From: Ramazzottius varieornatus
Lineage: Eukaryota; Animalia; Tardigrada
Reading direction: 5' to 3'
DNA: 9,763 nucleotides
Assembly: GCA_001949185.1 (NCBI GenBank)
Contig: BDGG01000004.1
Span: forward strand, 3,431,242 to 3,441,004
Shown piece by piece: positions 1-9,457 of this stretch; position 1 is the first letter of the stretch; each line of letters opens with the position of its first letter. Made by a program: the position numbers and the translations under genes. A model generated the notes under the pieces. That model ran no database searches. It worked only from the letters and a program-made list of their open reading frames with translations, and had not been told where the DNA came from.

Positions 1-3000
1 AAGGTCTTCACGTTACGATTTCCTGCTTATAACGTCGGCCAACTCGGCAAACTTCTCTAGCTCTTCCGCACTGTATTCCACCAGCTTCAACTTGGCTCGA
101 GGGTCCTCGGAGTGCACCGTGTTGAGCTTCAGTCCCTTCATCTGCGAGATAACAATTTTTGATGAAAATAAAGTTCCGGATGTTTGGATATGCAAACCTC
201 TTTCTCGATATGGGCGCAGTGCTTCAAACAGGACTCTGACTCGGAACGGGACTTGTTGACAGTCTGTGCGCTCTCCGCGACTCGGGTCTCCAGCTCTTCA
301 ATCTGTCCATCCAGCACCTTGATCTTATCCAGCAGTGTCTTTTCTTCCGCCTTGTCCGTTTTCAGTTCTTCCTGCAACGTACCGGTAACGGTGCTGTCCA
401 GACATAATTATGAATTAACTTAGATAGACAGAATCGACCTACCTTCTTCTTGATCACTTCCTTGTGCAGAATGTTCCACTGTTCCTCTAGTGCGTCTGCA
501 TCAGCTTCCGCCTGCTTCAGTTCGGTTTCCTTTTCCAGAAGTTCTGCCTCTTTCTTCTTGATGTCCTTTTCCAGTTTCTTCACCAGCCTTAATCGATGTG
601 CAAGTTGAACGGCTGATCAATTTTTCTATTATCTCATTCCACAACTTACATGTCGTGGTTTTGCAATTCGTTTCTGCGAGATAGAAGCTCTTTCTCTCGT
701 TTCGTCAGCGCAGTCTTTTCTTTGTTGAGTTCTTGCCGGAACTTGTTCACATGCTTGTCCGTAATGTCCGTTATTTCCGCGTTGATTTCTTTCAAACTGT
801 TCTCGAACTGGGAATCAAACTCCAAGTCAAGTGAAATTCGGAATATCCCAAATTTTTCAGTTTACCTTCTCGGACTTTGCTTCTTCAGTAGTTAATGCCG
901 TCTTCAACGTCTCGATGGCTTTCTGGAACTCCGCGTCTTTAGTGGGATCAGGTTTGGACTCTGCAATGACTTGTTCCTGGGCTGCAATATTTTCCTCCAA
1001 CTGGGCGATTAAGCGCGCTGAGCTATGCGGGTTGTTCGGCGAGAGTTCCATCTCCAGGTCTCTCATCAACTGTTCCTGACGTGCTACTTCCGGCTCCAGT
1101 TCGGCGACTCTGACAGTCAGGTCCATTAGGTGTTGTCGAATTGTCGTGGCCTGTTGGTTCCAAGCGGCGCACTCAACTTCCATTTCCTCTACGGGTGGAC
1201 CACGGTACACCTCTGCGACGAAGCCTTGTGCGTTGGTCCGCATCTTGCCTCGGTAAGCGTCACCGCCACCTGACATACTCCCACTAACGCCATCTACCAA
1301 AGGCACAGACGAAACATTATTGACAAGAACGGATCTTTTTGTTACTGGACGCGAATAACGTGGGCAATACAGCATCTAAGTTTGGACTCGCTGACGGAAG
1401 GTTCGACTTACCGACTTGCTTGCCATCAAGAGTTACCACACGTTGCTTGTGCGTTCCATAGGCTATGGCTGTAGCAGTTTCTAAAGTGTCAGAAACTAGA
1501 CAGTCTCGGAAAACGTAGTAGAAGGCGGAACGGTACTCTGGTTTCGCGGGAGTGATCAGGTCGAAAAGTCGTTCTGAGTCCTTTGGCCTACAGAGTCGAG
1601 GTCGAAAATTAGCAGAACCTGCCAGCACTAATCGAAGAATGATTTAAGCAGGACGTACGTATTGAACCGCTTATCTATGTTACTCCTGACGCAGTCAGCC
1701 AGTCGCTCAAGAACGAGAAGATTCGTACGACCAAGATTATGTCGTTTCAGGAACTCGATGACGGCCGTACTGGCTGCTACGTCTCGTACCAGGATGTTGT
1801 CCAGTCTGCCGAAGTTAGTCGAAACTGCAACGTCGTACTTGGCGTCGATCGTGGCCAGGTCTCCGAGTCTTACAACAAAAGGCTTCATTATGAAACATGG
1901 TCTATCATCTAGCTTCCAGAAAGTCTGACTTACCTGCCCATGACGCCTTCCAGCTGGCCATCGCGTTGGGCTTCCAGCAGTCGTTTCAGCAGCCGATCAT
2001 TCGTCTGAATCTGACTGCGAGCAGCAGCTGCATCGATCTCATCCCGTTTCTTACGAATCTTTTCGGTCGTCTCGTCCAGTTCCCGTCGTAATCTATCCAC
2101 GTCCGGCTTGATGCGGGCAAGCTCGTTCCTCTTTTGTGGATGTTCTTGACGAAGACGATCTGACTTCCTAAACAGAACAGGACGTTACGGAAACATTTCG
2201 CGCAAGTTTTACGCGATTGATACTTACTGCTTTTGAGTAGCATTATCGGTTTTCAAAGTCTCCAGCCGCTGTTCGAGCTGCCGACGGTGTTCCACCGCTC
2301 GGTCGTACTGGATGTTGAAACCTCGGTACTCCACCTCTTTATCATCGACCTGTAATGGGAACCCAAACAGCGTGTGGCCGGAGACCATTTCAAGTCGAAT
2401 ATCCAGGACGGAACATGACGTTGACTTACCAATTTGCGAGAGGCTTGTAGTGCAGGACGGCAGTTGGCCAACTTTTGTTCCAGTTCCTGGATTTTCTCGT
2501 GCCGGTTACCAATCAAAGTGGGGAGCTCCTCTGTCTTTCGATGTATGGTGGCTTCCAACTGTTCGAGCTTCTCATTGCTAGTTTGCACGATCTCTTCAAG
2601 TGCCTCAATCTCGGTCCGCAACCTCTCGGGTGCGTCTTGCTGTTCTTCCAGCTAAACGCACCAGGGAAACGTGTCACGTGAAATTCGTAGTAGAACACAC
2701 AGAACTCGGAGCTCTTGGATTACCTGGTTTTGCAGCTTTTGCGTTGCAGTAGTAAGCTTCGGAAGAGTTTCTTTGATCGTCTTAATCTTAGTCGTAATTC
2801 GGGTACGTTGAGCATCAACAGCCTTGTAGTTGCGCTCTTCCACTGAGTCACCTTTCTCCATATCTCTGATATACCTGCAAAACGAACGAATTGGTTTCAC
2901 CGGTGGTATAGGAACGGATACAAGTAAGAGCGATTACTGAAACCGATTAACCCGATTCTTACTTCTTCTTGTTCTCGTACGACTCTTCGACCTCCTTTCG

Positions 3001-4748
3001 TTCTTCCTTTCTTTCCTTCAGAGCGTTCTCTCTAGCGTTCAGTTCCGCTTGCGTCGCCTTCAGAGTTTCCAGAGCAGCTTCGCGTTTGGCGACTAGTAGA
3101 GACCTGCACGAAACATATGGTTTTAGCACCGGGCAGCAGCAATAGAAGTTATACAGTAGAACTGTCAGCAAGGTTACCTGTCAAGTTGGAGTAACTTGTG
3201 TCGTCGAAAGACGACTTCATTTTCCGTCATCAAGAACCGTTCGGTTTCATTCTTGACAGCTTCTAGACTGTTCATCTGCTTGCCGAACTCATACACCTTC
3301 ATATTCTGTGAAAATCCCAAGAGCGTTAGATACCACTAGTCAACGTCCCAGGTGTTGCATTCTTACGTACCTGTATCTCTTCCTCTTTTGCCAGCTGTTC
3401 CACCTTGGCTTCCATGATCTTAATTGGCTCGATATACTGGTTCGTCCCGATGACCTCCTCGATGAACTCCAACATCTCCTCGTCCTTCTCGTTTTTGCCC
3501 TTCGGTTTCATCAGAGCAATCTGTTCCACTTCGCCCTGAAAAAACGATTCCTGTCTGCTATTTGATCATTGTAATGAAAACTGGACTTCAAAGAGTAGTT
3601 ATTCACACCTGTAAGATCAGAAATCGGTTCTGCTCGAGGTCGATTCCATCTTTCAGCAACAAGGCGTGAACGTCTTTCGCGGACTTTTCCTGCTCCTTTC
3701 CACCTTTCTTCACCGTGTACGAGGTCCTGTTGTCCTTGTGTGCAGTTCGAGAGACCTCGTATTCACTTCCGGGAACCACCGTCTGAGCATACTTGTCAAC
3801 GGGCTGTTGAGAAGAGTAAGAGAGTAAAGGTTCAAGGCTGCAAGGGTATAATATTAGCACAGCGGAAACTCACGTCGGGGATGACATACGCAAATCGAGC
3901 AGTCACACGACAGAAGTTGAAGTCGGGGAACTTGTCGCTCTTATGGATCAGCTCGCTGAACTTTGCTGCTCGAAGACGTTTCGACTTGTACCCAAAAACG
4001 AACAACAAGGCGTCGATGGTGTTACTCTTTCCACTTCCGTTTGGTCCCACAATGCAAGTGAAGTTCTGCAAGTATAATATGGGAAGGTCGATACCGATGG
4101 TCGATGAAATAAATTGTAAGTAATCCAAATGTGAATCGCGATCCATGTAAAAATGCACATTTCCATAAAGCTATGACATAGTAAGGTTGAGAACTGACCT
4201 TGTGGAAGGGTCCGATGGCCACTCGATTGGCGTACGATTTGAAATTTTCAAGGACTAAACTGACGAGGGTGAAACGTTCTGGCTTTTTCCGAATATCTTG
4301 CTGTCGTTCTGCATAGGTAGCCACCCTTCGCGGCATAGGCACACCGAATTCTGAAGCATAGTACAAACACGATGCGCATAAACGTTTCTTCAAAGCAATA
4401 ACAAAATTTAATCGGTATACCTTCTGGTGCTTCAACGTCCAATGCTCCCATATGTGGGAAATATTCGTCCTCCGCAAGCTCCAGCATCATTTGGTCGTTA
4501 GTTGGCCCCGTCACATCCATCTGCTCTCCCGTATCAGCAAACGGTTTACCAGTGGTTGGATCCGGACTGTTGGCAGAGCTTCTTTGGTTTTCTTTCTCCG
4601 CTGCATCCTTTTCTTCGGCATCGTCGATTAGCCCAAGACTTCTAACGCCAGCGCGATAACTCCGTCGTTGTTCCGCTGTTCCTCGCAGTGCTTTTGGAGT
4701 GGCAAGGTTACCCGAGATCTCCAGTTCGTCTGGCGAATCGTCCATCAT
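1..4748 (-). CDS. SMC4: Structural maintenance of chromosomes protein 4 (condensin subunit), spliced, 3'-partial
   Basis: Phase-consistent exon chain traced by hand: 4748-4421, 4350-4199, 4065-3874, 3803-3609, 3535-3371, 3305-3178, 3103-2963, 2874-2724, 2651-2430, 2349-2228, 2167-1934, 1868-1659, 1587-1412, 1293-866, 807-650, 587-443, 371-198, 141-<1. All 17 introns are GT-AG, 56-133 nt. SMC4-type motifs: LENFKSYA..VAIGPFHK/NFTCIVGPNGSGKSNTIDALLFVFGY, GIDLEQNRFLILQ/GEVEQIALMKPK, MLEFIEEVIGT, hinge GRLGDLATIDAKYDVAVST, RLFDLI, RVVTLDG..SGSMSGGG, with coiled coils on both sides. The C-terminal head (signature and Walker B) is not in the window. Confidence 0.95.
1261..1950 (-). other. SMC hinge domain coding region (exons 11-14)
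   Basis: GVMGR|LGDLATIDAKYDVAVSTNFGRLDNILV...LGRTNLLVLERL...TPKDSERLFDLI...AFYYVFRDCLV...RVVTLDGKQVDGVSGSMSGGG resembles the SMC4 hinge consensus. Boundaries approximate. Confidence 0.9.
4024..4047 (-). other. Walker A (P-loop) of the SMC4 N-terminal head
   Basis: Translates GPNGSGKS within exon 3. Confidence 0.95.
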
Positions 4749-5177
4749 GCAGTCCCAGTTGTAGATAACAGTGGCGAAATGGTGGAGATGGGAAGGAGTT
4801 GTAGGAGGTCTAGCTTCCGAAATAATTTAATAATCAATAGCAACAATTGCTGTGCCGTCGATAACAAATCAACAATCAATGCTACACGGTACTGTTCCTC
4901 CCTTACCTAACCATGAGTCATGCGCAGAAAGCGCGGGCTTATGGCAAGCCGTTGTCTGGTTCGTGGATAGCTGAGAACAGGAAGCCACGAGAACGTTGGT
5001 CGGATGACTGGGATTCCGATTCGGCGATTTCCGATGGGATTTATCGTAATCTGTATTCATTACATATTGTTTGACTGTTCTGACATCAAAATTATCACGG
5101 CTCTTTCTAGCCGACGTAATTCCTCAAACTTTTCGGGGGTAGACTGTATCAGTGACAATTTACCGCAGCAGTTTCAA

Positions 5178-6725
5178 TCAATTGTGAGCTGATATCCATT
5201 TGACAAAACTGTTCTCATCCACATAGTCCGCCCAAGGAGGCAGAGACTGATAGAAGGTCGGCTTTGGTAGCTCTTTCTCATCGGACAAAATGAATTTCTG
5301 TAGGACCTTGTCTTGAGTAATATACTCCGCCATCGCTCTCACCAAGCCATGCACGTTTTCCAGGTTGCTAACTGCTTGATAAGCACGAGGGTTCTCCGAC
5401 ACCTGCTCGACGATGTTGCCGAAGAAAGGTGGTCCGCTCTCCCATAACACTCGTCTTCTACCGTCATTGAGACTCGACACATCCCCCAGCGTTGCTGACC
5501 ACTCTTGAAAGTCAGTCAACCGTACATCATCCGATGCCGTGCAAACCCAATTGGACTTCAGCAGTTTCTTGTTGATTTTATTAATCGCTTCCGAAGTCAT
5601 ACGTTGGTGCGAACCATCTTGCTGTTCTGGTTGCGGCGTGGTTGCATCGGGAATGTTCACAGCATCGGGGTTAACGCTCGCTTGGACACCAGTAACATCT
5701 TTGTCGAACAGTGTAAAAGCTTCCGCTTGTTCACTGGAGACCCTAACTGAGTGGCGCATATATTTGGTACCTGTACTGGCGAACCTTTTTGGCTTCCGTG
5801 GGTCGTTCGAACTTTGCGGTACCTTCGCTAGCGAAACATCTGTTAGAGCTCTCATGAGTTCCTCGTGAAAAGTGCTTATACTTTCCAGCGAGAGCAGAGC
5901 CTTCTGTTTCTCGCTTTTCAGGGCAGTCGCTTTGGCGAAGATATCCCCAAAAGCACTACATGCCGTGGTCTTACAAGAGGGTTCCCGCTTCGAAGACCCC
6001 GACGGTAAACGAAGAGCTTTGCTGTAGTCTTTCGGATCCACATCGACCTCTTGCTTAGCACGCCAGTTTCCCAACGCAATCTGTCCTTTACTATCCACGA
6101 GCTGAGCTGCTGGACGGTAGGTTACCAACTGTTGGAAGTTTCCTGGAGCACAAAGAGGTCTCTTGAGGTGGGCCTCCCTAATGGATCGCTGCCTGTTCGC
6201 TGTCTTTTGAATGGACTTCCGTATACTGTTTCTAGTGGACGTAATTATACGATGAAGTACCAATTCCCCGGCTTCGTTGAACGGCCGACATCCTTCGGTG
6301 ACAGACGGGTCCGAGGCAAACGACTTTTGGCGAGCCGTGGTGAAGTTCGGGTTGTTAGTTTCCTCTAGTTGTTGATTTCGCCGGTAGTTTATCTCGGTCC
6401 GCAGATTACGTGCATCACCCCATCTGAGCCAGTGTAGATACGTTTCCAGGAACGTAGCGAGTATGGCTTTTCGTTCGGTAGTCAGACGCTTCTTCAGATC
6501 GGCCGGAGAATCCACCAAGGCAAGCGGCTCTCTACCTTCAGTCTTTCTGACTCTCTTTGGGTCCTCGAGCACCGCATCTTCGTTTAACTGTTCCAGTTGG
6601 TCAAGGAGGAATCCAAGTTCGCCGCTTTTCCGAAGAGCATACTGACCCTCTCGAGTCTTCGAATTTTCGAATGCTTCAGCGAGGAACTGGTTCTCGAGCC
6701 TCGTGGAGAGATTTCGCCTACAGAC
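5178..6725 (-). CDS. Uncharacterised protein, long terminal exon (over 510 aa); true N-terminus probably in an upstream exon
   Basis: Stop-to-stop frame is open 6740..5178; the ORF track start at 6572 is only a GTG. Candidate acceptors at 6726-6728 (CAG) or 6718-6720 (TAG), and a GTATGT donor at 6807. ATG 6869 (MAGGVRLGVTGRSIRFRSPKR) splices in frame using the TAG. A diverged copy at 9116-9437 shows many synonymous changes, supporting real coding. No domain recognised. Confidence 0.75.
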   Translation of the reverse strand, partial: VCRRNLSTRLENQFLAEAFENSKTREGQYALRKSGELGFLLDQLEQLNEDAVLEDPKRVRKTEGREPLALVDSPADLKKRLTTERKAILATFLETYLHWLRWGDARNLRTEINYRRNQQLEETNNPNFTTARQKSFASDPSVTEGCRPFNEAGELVLHRIITSTRNSIRKSIQKTANRQRSIREAHLKRPLCAPGNFQQLVTYRPAAQLVDSKGQIALGNWRAKQEVDVDPKDYSKALRLPSGSSKREPSCKTTACSAFGDIFAKATALKSEKQKALLSLESISTFHEELMRALTDVSLAKVPQSSNDPRKPKRFASTGTKYMRHSVRVSSEQAEAFTLFDKDVTGVQASVNPDAVNIPDATTPQPEQQDGSHQRMTSEAINKINKKLLKSNWVCTASDDVRLTDFQEWSATLGDVSSLNDGRRRVLWESGPPFFGNIVEQVSENPRAYQAVSNLENVHGLVRAMAEYITQDKVLQKFILSDEKELPKPTFYQSLPPWADYVDENSFVKWISAHN

Positions 6726-7295
6726 CTGGATTGATACTATTCATACCAATATCGTAATACCACCGAAGAGCGAAGAGCATTCTACAGCAATATTGCGGGG
6801 AACATACCTCTTGGGACTACGGAAACGAATGGATCGTCCAGTAACGCCCAGACGAACTCCTCCAGCCATCCTGACAAGTGCTTCGCTTTCCCCCACACGA
6901 CATTATTCGCAAATCATGGCAGTAAGATTCTTAAATTTTCCCACCAGCTAGACACACTGCACTGCTTCTGAATTTGAACTACTGATTTATCAATCAATGT
7001 TCGTATCGTACGTGGGGCTCGTTCCTATGGAGCGCGCTTTTCCATCTCTTTCCGCCATCTACGAACGGGAACTCAAGCATTTAGTGAAATTGCGCTCGAA
7101 CTTCCACTCATGTTGTGAAGGACAGGAAAAGCCGGTCCGAAGAGACGAAGTCACGAAGATCCCAGTTGCAGGATATGTAGTATGGATACCCAGAACGATA
7201 CGCACATTGCATATCTCTCGTCACTGGCTACCAGCCTACCCCCGCGCCCCACCCCTGGGGGACGATGTGGTGAACTGGTGATTCTAAGTTTGTGA

Positions 7296-7344
7296 ACTGA
7301 AGTGACACTGAAGTTCACTGAACTGACTGAACTCACTGAAGTCA
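7296..7344. repeat. Short imperfect tandem repeat (ACTGAA core, 9-11 nt spacing)
   Basis: ACTGAA at 7296, 7307, 7317, 7326 and 7335, ending 14 nt before the assembly gap. Confidence 0.7.
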
Positions 7345-7358
7345 ATAACTTCGGTGAG

Positions 7359-7408
7359 NNNNNNNNNNNNNNNNNNNNNNNNNNNNNNNNNNNNNNNNNN
7401 NNNNNNNN
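7359..7408. other. Assembly gap (50 N)
   Basis: Run of 50 Ns. True size and the relative orientation of the contigs are not verifiable here. Confidence 1.
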
Positions 7409-7695
7409 AATGTGGGGACAGGGTAAGAAATGCCTGCCACCGAACTTGACTCTGCGAGCCGCCATATCATACAATGCGTGAGACCATATCATGCAAATGT
7501 TGGAATCTGAGTCTGACAGAAGTACCTGTCAAACTGGGAAACGACTTATGGCGGCGATGGCCGCCCATACTCCATCTGCTGATTGGGAACGGAACTGGAA
7601 CAGCAAGGACTCCAAGGAATGATCGAGTGTATAGCCACTTCGTGCTGTAAAGACAATCACACCCTATAGATCGTGCTTGTCCAGCAACAAGAAGA

Positions 7696-8323
7696 ATGGA
7701 GCTGAAAGAGACTTCTCGACTTGCTGCAAGTAAGATGAGGCAATGTTTTAGATGTTTGGTCCAAAATATGTTGTGTGTTATTTGCAACGTTTTATGGTCT
7801 TTGGAATAGAAACTTTGGACACTCCCGCACCAGTCTCCACTCCATCAGTTCCCGTTACAACGAACCAAGAAGTTCCGTGGAAGGTCGGGCAAAAAGTCTC
7901 AGCTTTCAGCGGAGGCTTCTATTTCCGACCAGCCGTTATCACAAGGTTGCCGTCAGCAGACCAGTGAGTTACAACGTATACAGTGAAATGTTTGCGAACT
8001 AAATTGTTGGAGTGAAATCCAAAGAGTAAAATGTGAAGACTGCGCGCAAAGACGATGTTACTGAAGTAGATGATCATTTCTAAACAAATTGAGTTTTACA
8101 GGGGCGAATATCAAGTCCGGACACTGCACGACTCGAAAGTTGCTACTGTGGAACCCCAAAATATCCTAAGCCCACAAGAGTATCTTAGACGGGGAAGAAA
8201 CGTTCATGTCTTCAGAGGTCGGCGCAACGGGACAACGTATTCAGAGGAAGTAGTACTGGAAGACGTAACGGAGGAGGATCCGACTATGTACAGATGCAGG
8301 CAAGAGGATCGGTGCCAAGCCGA
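7696..8323 (+). CDS. Tandem Tudor-like domain protein or gene fragment (53BP1-type), spliced
   Basis: Phase-consistent exons 7696-7729, 7810-7963, 8102-8323 (donors GTAAGA, GTGAGT, GTAAGT; acceptors ATAG, TTTTACAG). Product includes WKVGQKVSAFSGGFYFRPAVITRLPSADQGEYQVRTLHDSKVATVEPQNIL followed by a second beta-rich repeat. By eye it resembles the 53BP1 tandem Tudor pattern (G.RV.A.W....YFY.G.IT......Y.L.FDDG....V...DIL). Start and last exon uncertain; a possible last exon ends at TGA 8458-8460. Confidence 0.6.
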
Positions 8324-8752
8324 GTAAGTCCACACTAATTTTGAACATAAAATTATGTCATTGACTGGGCAGCGCTTTTGAAAAACTGCAGCGACAGTTC
8401 GCTGTAAACAGTTTCAACTCCATCTGGAAAACCTCACGCGCCGTGACCACTCGTGTTTGAGCGTATCGTCTGACCCGGTTCACTCACCCTGACCAACCTC
8501 ACTCGAAAGAGAGAGAAATACCGCTCTTTCGAATGAGCTAGCAGTTGGCATTATACGACATACCAAAAGAAGATAAAAGCTCCTCATGGTTTGCGCATCG
8601 GCAATCTTCCTTAGTTTGCGGTCGCTGCAAAATTTTGTCTAACTCGTCTGATAACTCGAGCGATGATTATTGCTTCAGGCCTTCGGATAATAACATGGAA
8701 AAGTTTCTGGTTCATCACTGTCTCGTTTGATTTAATGCTGGTTCTTTTGCAG

Positions 8753-9005
8753 GGTGTCGGAGGCTGAGATCGGGATCAGTAAGGTGGAAGTACGGTTAAT
8801 CAAACAAAAACAACAGTTACTTCGTGTATTATGGGCCATATTTATTGTCTTAGTTACGTGTTTCTGTCTGCTACCAATTACCTTCGCACTCGGTCGGCAG
8901 CTTTTGTCTATACGCAATACGGTTGCTACGATGATAGTTATCGCGTGTTTAACATTCGTCGTGTTTTCATTCCTGTTTGCTACCAAACCATAAATTTAAG
9001 CTTCT
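8753..9005 (+). pseudogene. Hydrophobic membrane-protein exon, possibly a class A GPCR TM6-TM7 remnant
   Basis: Strong acceptor TTCTTTTGCAG ending 8752. KQKQQLLRVLWAIFIVLVTCFCLLP resembles TM6 (CWxP-like). A second hydrophobic helix follows, and in a shifted frame IPVCYQTINLSF resembles NPxxY/helix 8. Resemblance by eye only. Confidence 0.35.
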
Positions 9006-9059
9006 GTTTCTCAGTGCCAGGTTCCATCATAAATCAGCCGAACAGTTGCAGACAGCCGG

Positions 9060-9454
9060 GCAATTCGAGTTTCGTCGCAGCTCGTCACAGATTTAATCCA
9101 CATGTAAGTTGTTCATTCTACGAAGCCAGCGAGTTGGTACTTCATCGTATAATCACGTCCACTTGATACAGCATTCGGAAGTTCAATCAAAAGACAGCGA
9201 ACAGGCAGCGATCTATCAGAAAGACCCACGACAACAAGCCTCAATGTGCTCCAGAAAGCTTCCAGCAGTCGGTGACACACCGTCCAGCAGCTCAGCTGGT
9301 AAAAATTTCGTTAGGAAACGGGCGCGGAGATCGAGAAGCCGATGTAGATTCGAAAGACTGTAGGGAAAGGTGTTCGCTCAGCGTCGATGTCCTTGAGGCG
9401 GGAACCCTCTTGTAAGAACACGGCTTGTGGAGCTTTTCAAAGGCAAACACATTG
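9060..9454 (+). pseudogene. Decayed inverted paralogous fragment of the 5178-6725 gene
   Basis: 9116-9437 aligns to the reverse complement of 6281-5949: FYEASELVLHRIITST*YSIRKFNQKTANRQRSIR vs FNEAGELVLHRIITSTRNSIRKSIQKTANRQRSIR, through REPSCKNTACGAF vs REPSCKTTACSAF. Hand count is 32 differences in 186 nt (9116-9301). It has an AGA>TGA stop at 9164-9166, a 12-nt deletion near 9302 and a frameshift near 9365. Weaker similarity extends to ~9060 (NSSFVAAR vs NPNFTTAR) and ~9454 (KANTL vs KATAL). Confidence 0.92.
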
Positions 9455-9457
9455 CTG

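Noticed and set aside
588-1871. Two introns using AAG acceptors (590-588 and 1871-1869)
   Set aside because: AAG is an uncommon but canonical 3' splice site, and both are required by frame, so this is not unusual enough to report.
1-4748. Bacterial SMC/Wadjet-like operon or a fragmented pseudogene
   Set aside because: The breaks between ORFs are GT-AG introns with consistent phases, and the motifs are eukaryotic SMC4-type.
184-4910. Many plus-strand ORFs in the ORF track (e.g. 184-423, 650-895, 1662-1928, 3740-4123)
   Set aside because: Antisense shadows of SMC4 exons, Ser/Phe/Leu-rich as expected opposite coiled-coil codons.
5505-6757. Plus-strand ORFs overlapping the 464-aa ORF
   Set aside because: Short antisense frames. 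The paralogue's synonymous changes support the minus-strand frame.
7296-7344. CRISPR-like or iteron array
   Set aside because: The unit is only about 9-11 nt with no spacers, no cas genes are present, and the context is eukaryotic.
7490-7670. Possible coding remnant just after the gap
   Set aside because: All frames are short or stop-interrupted, with no recognisable motif or convincing splice chain.
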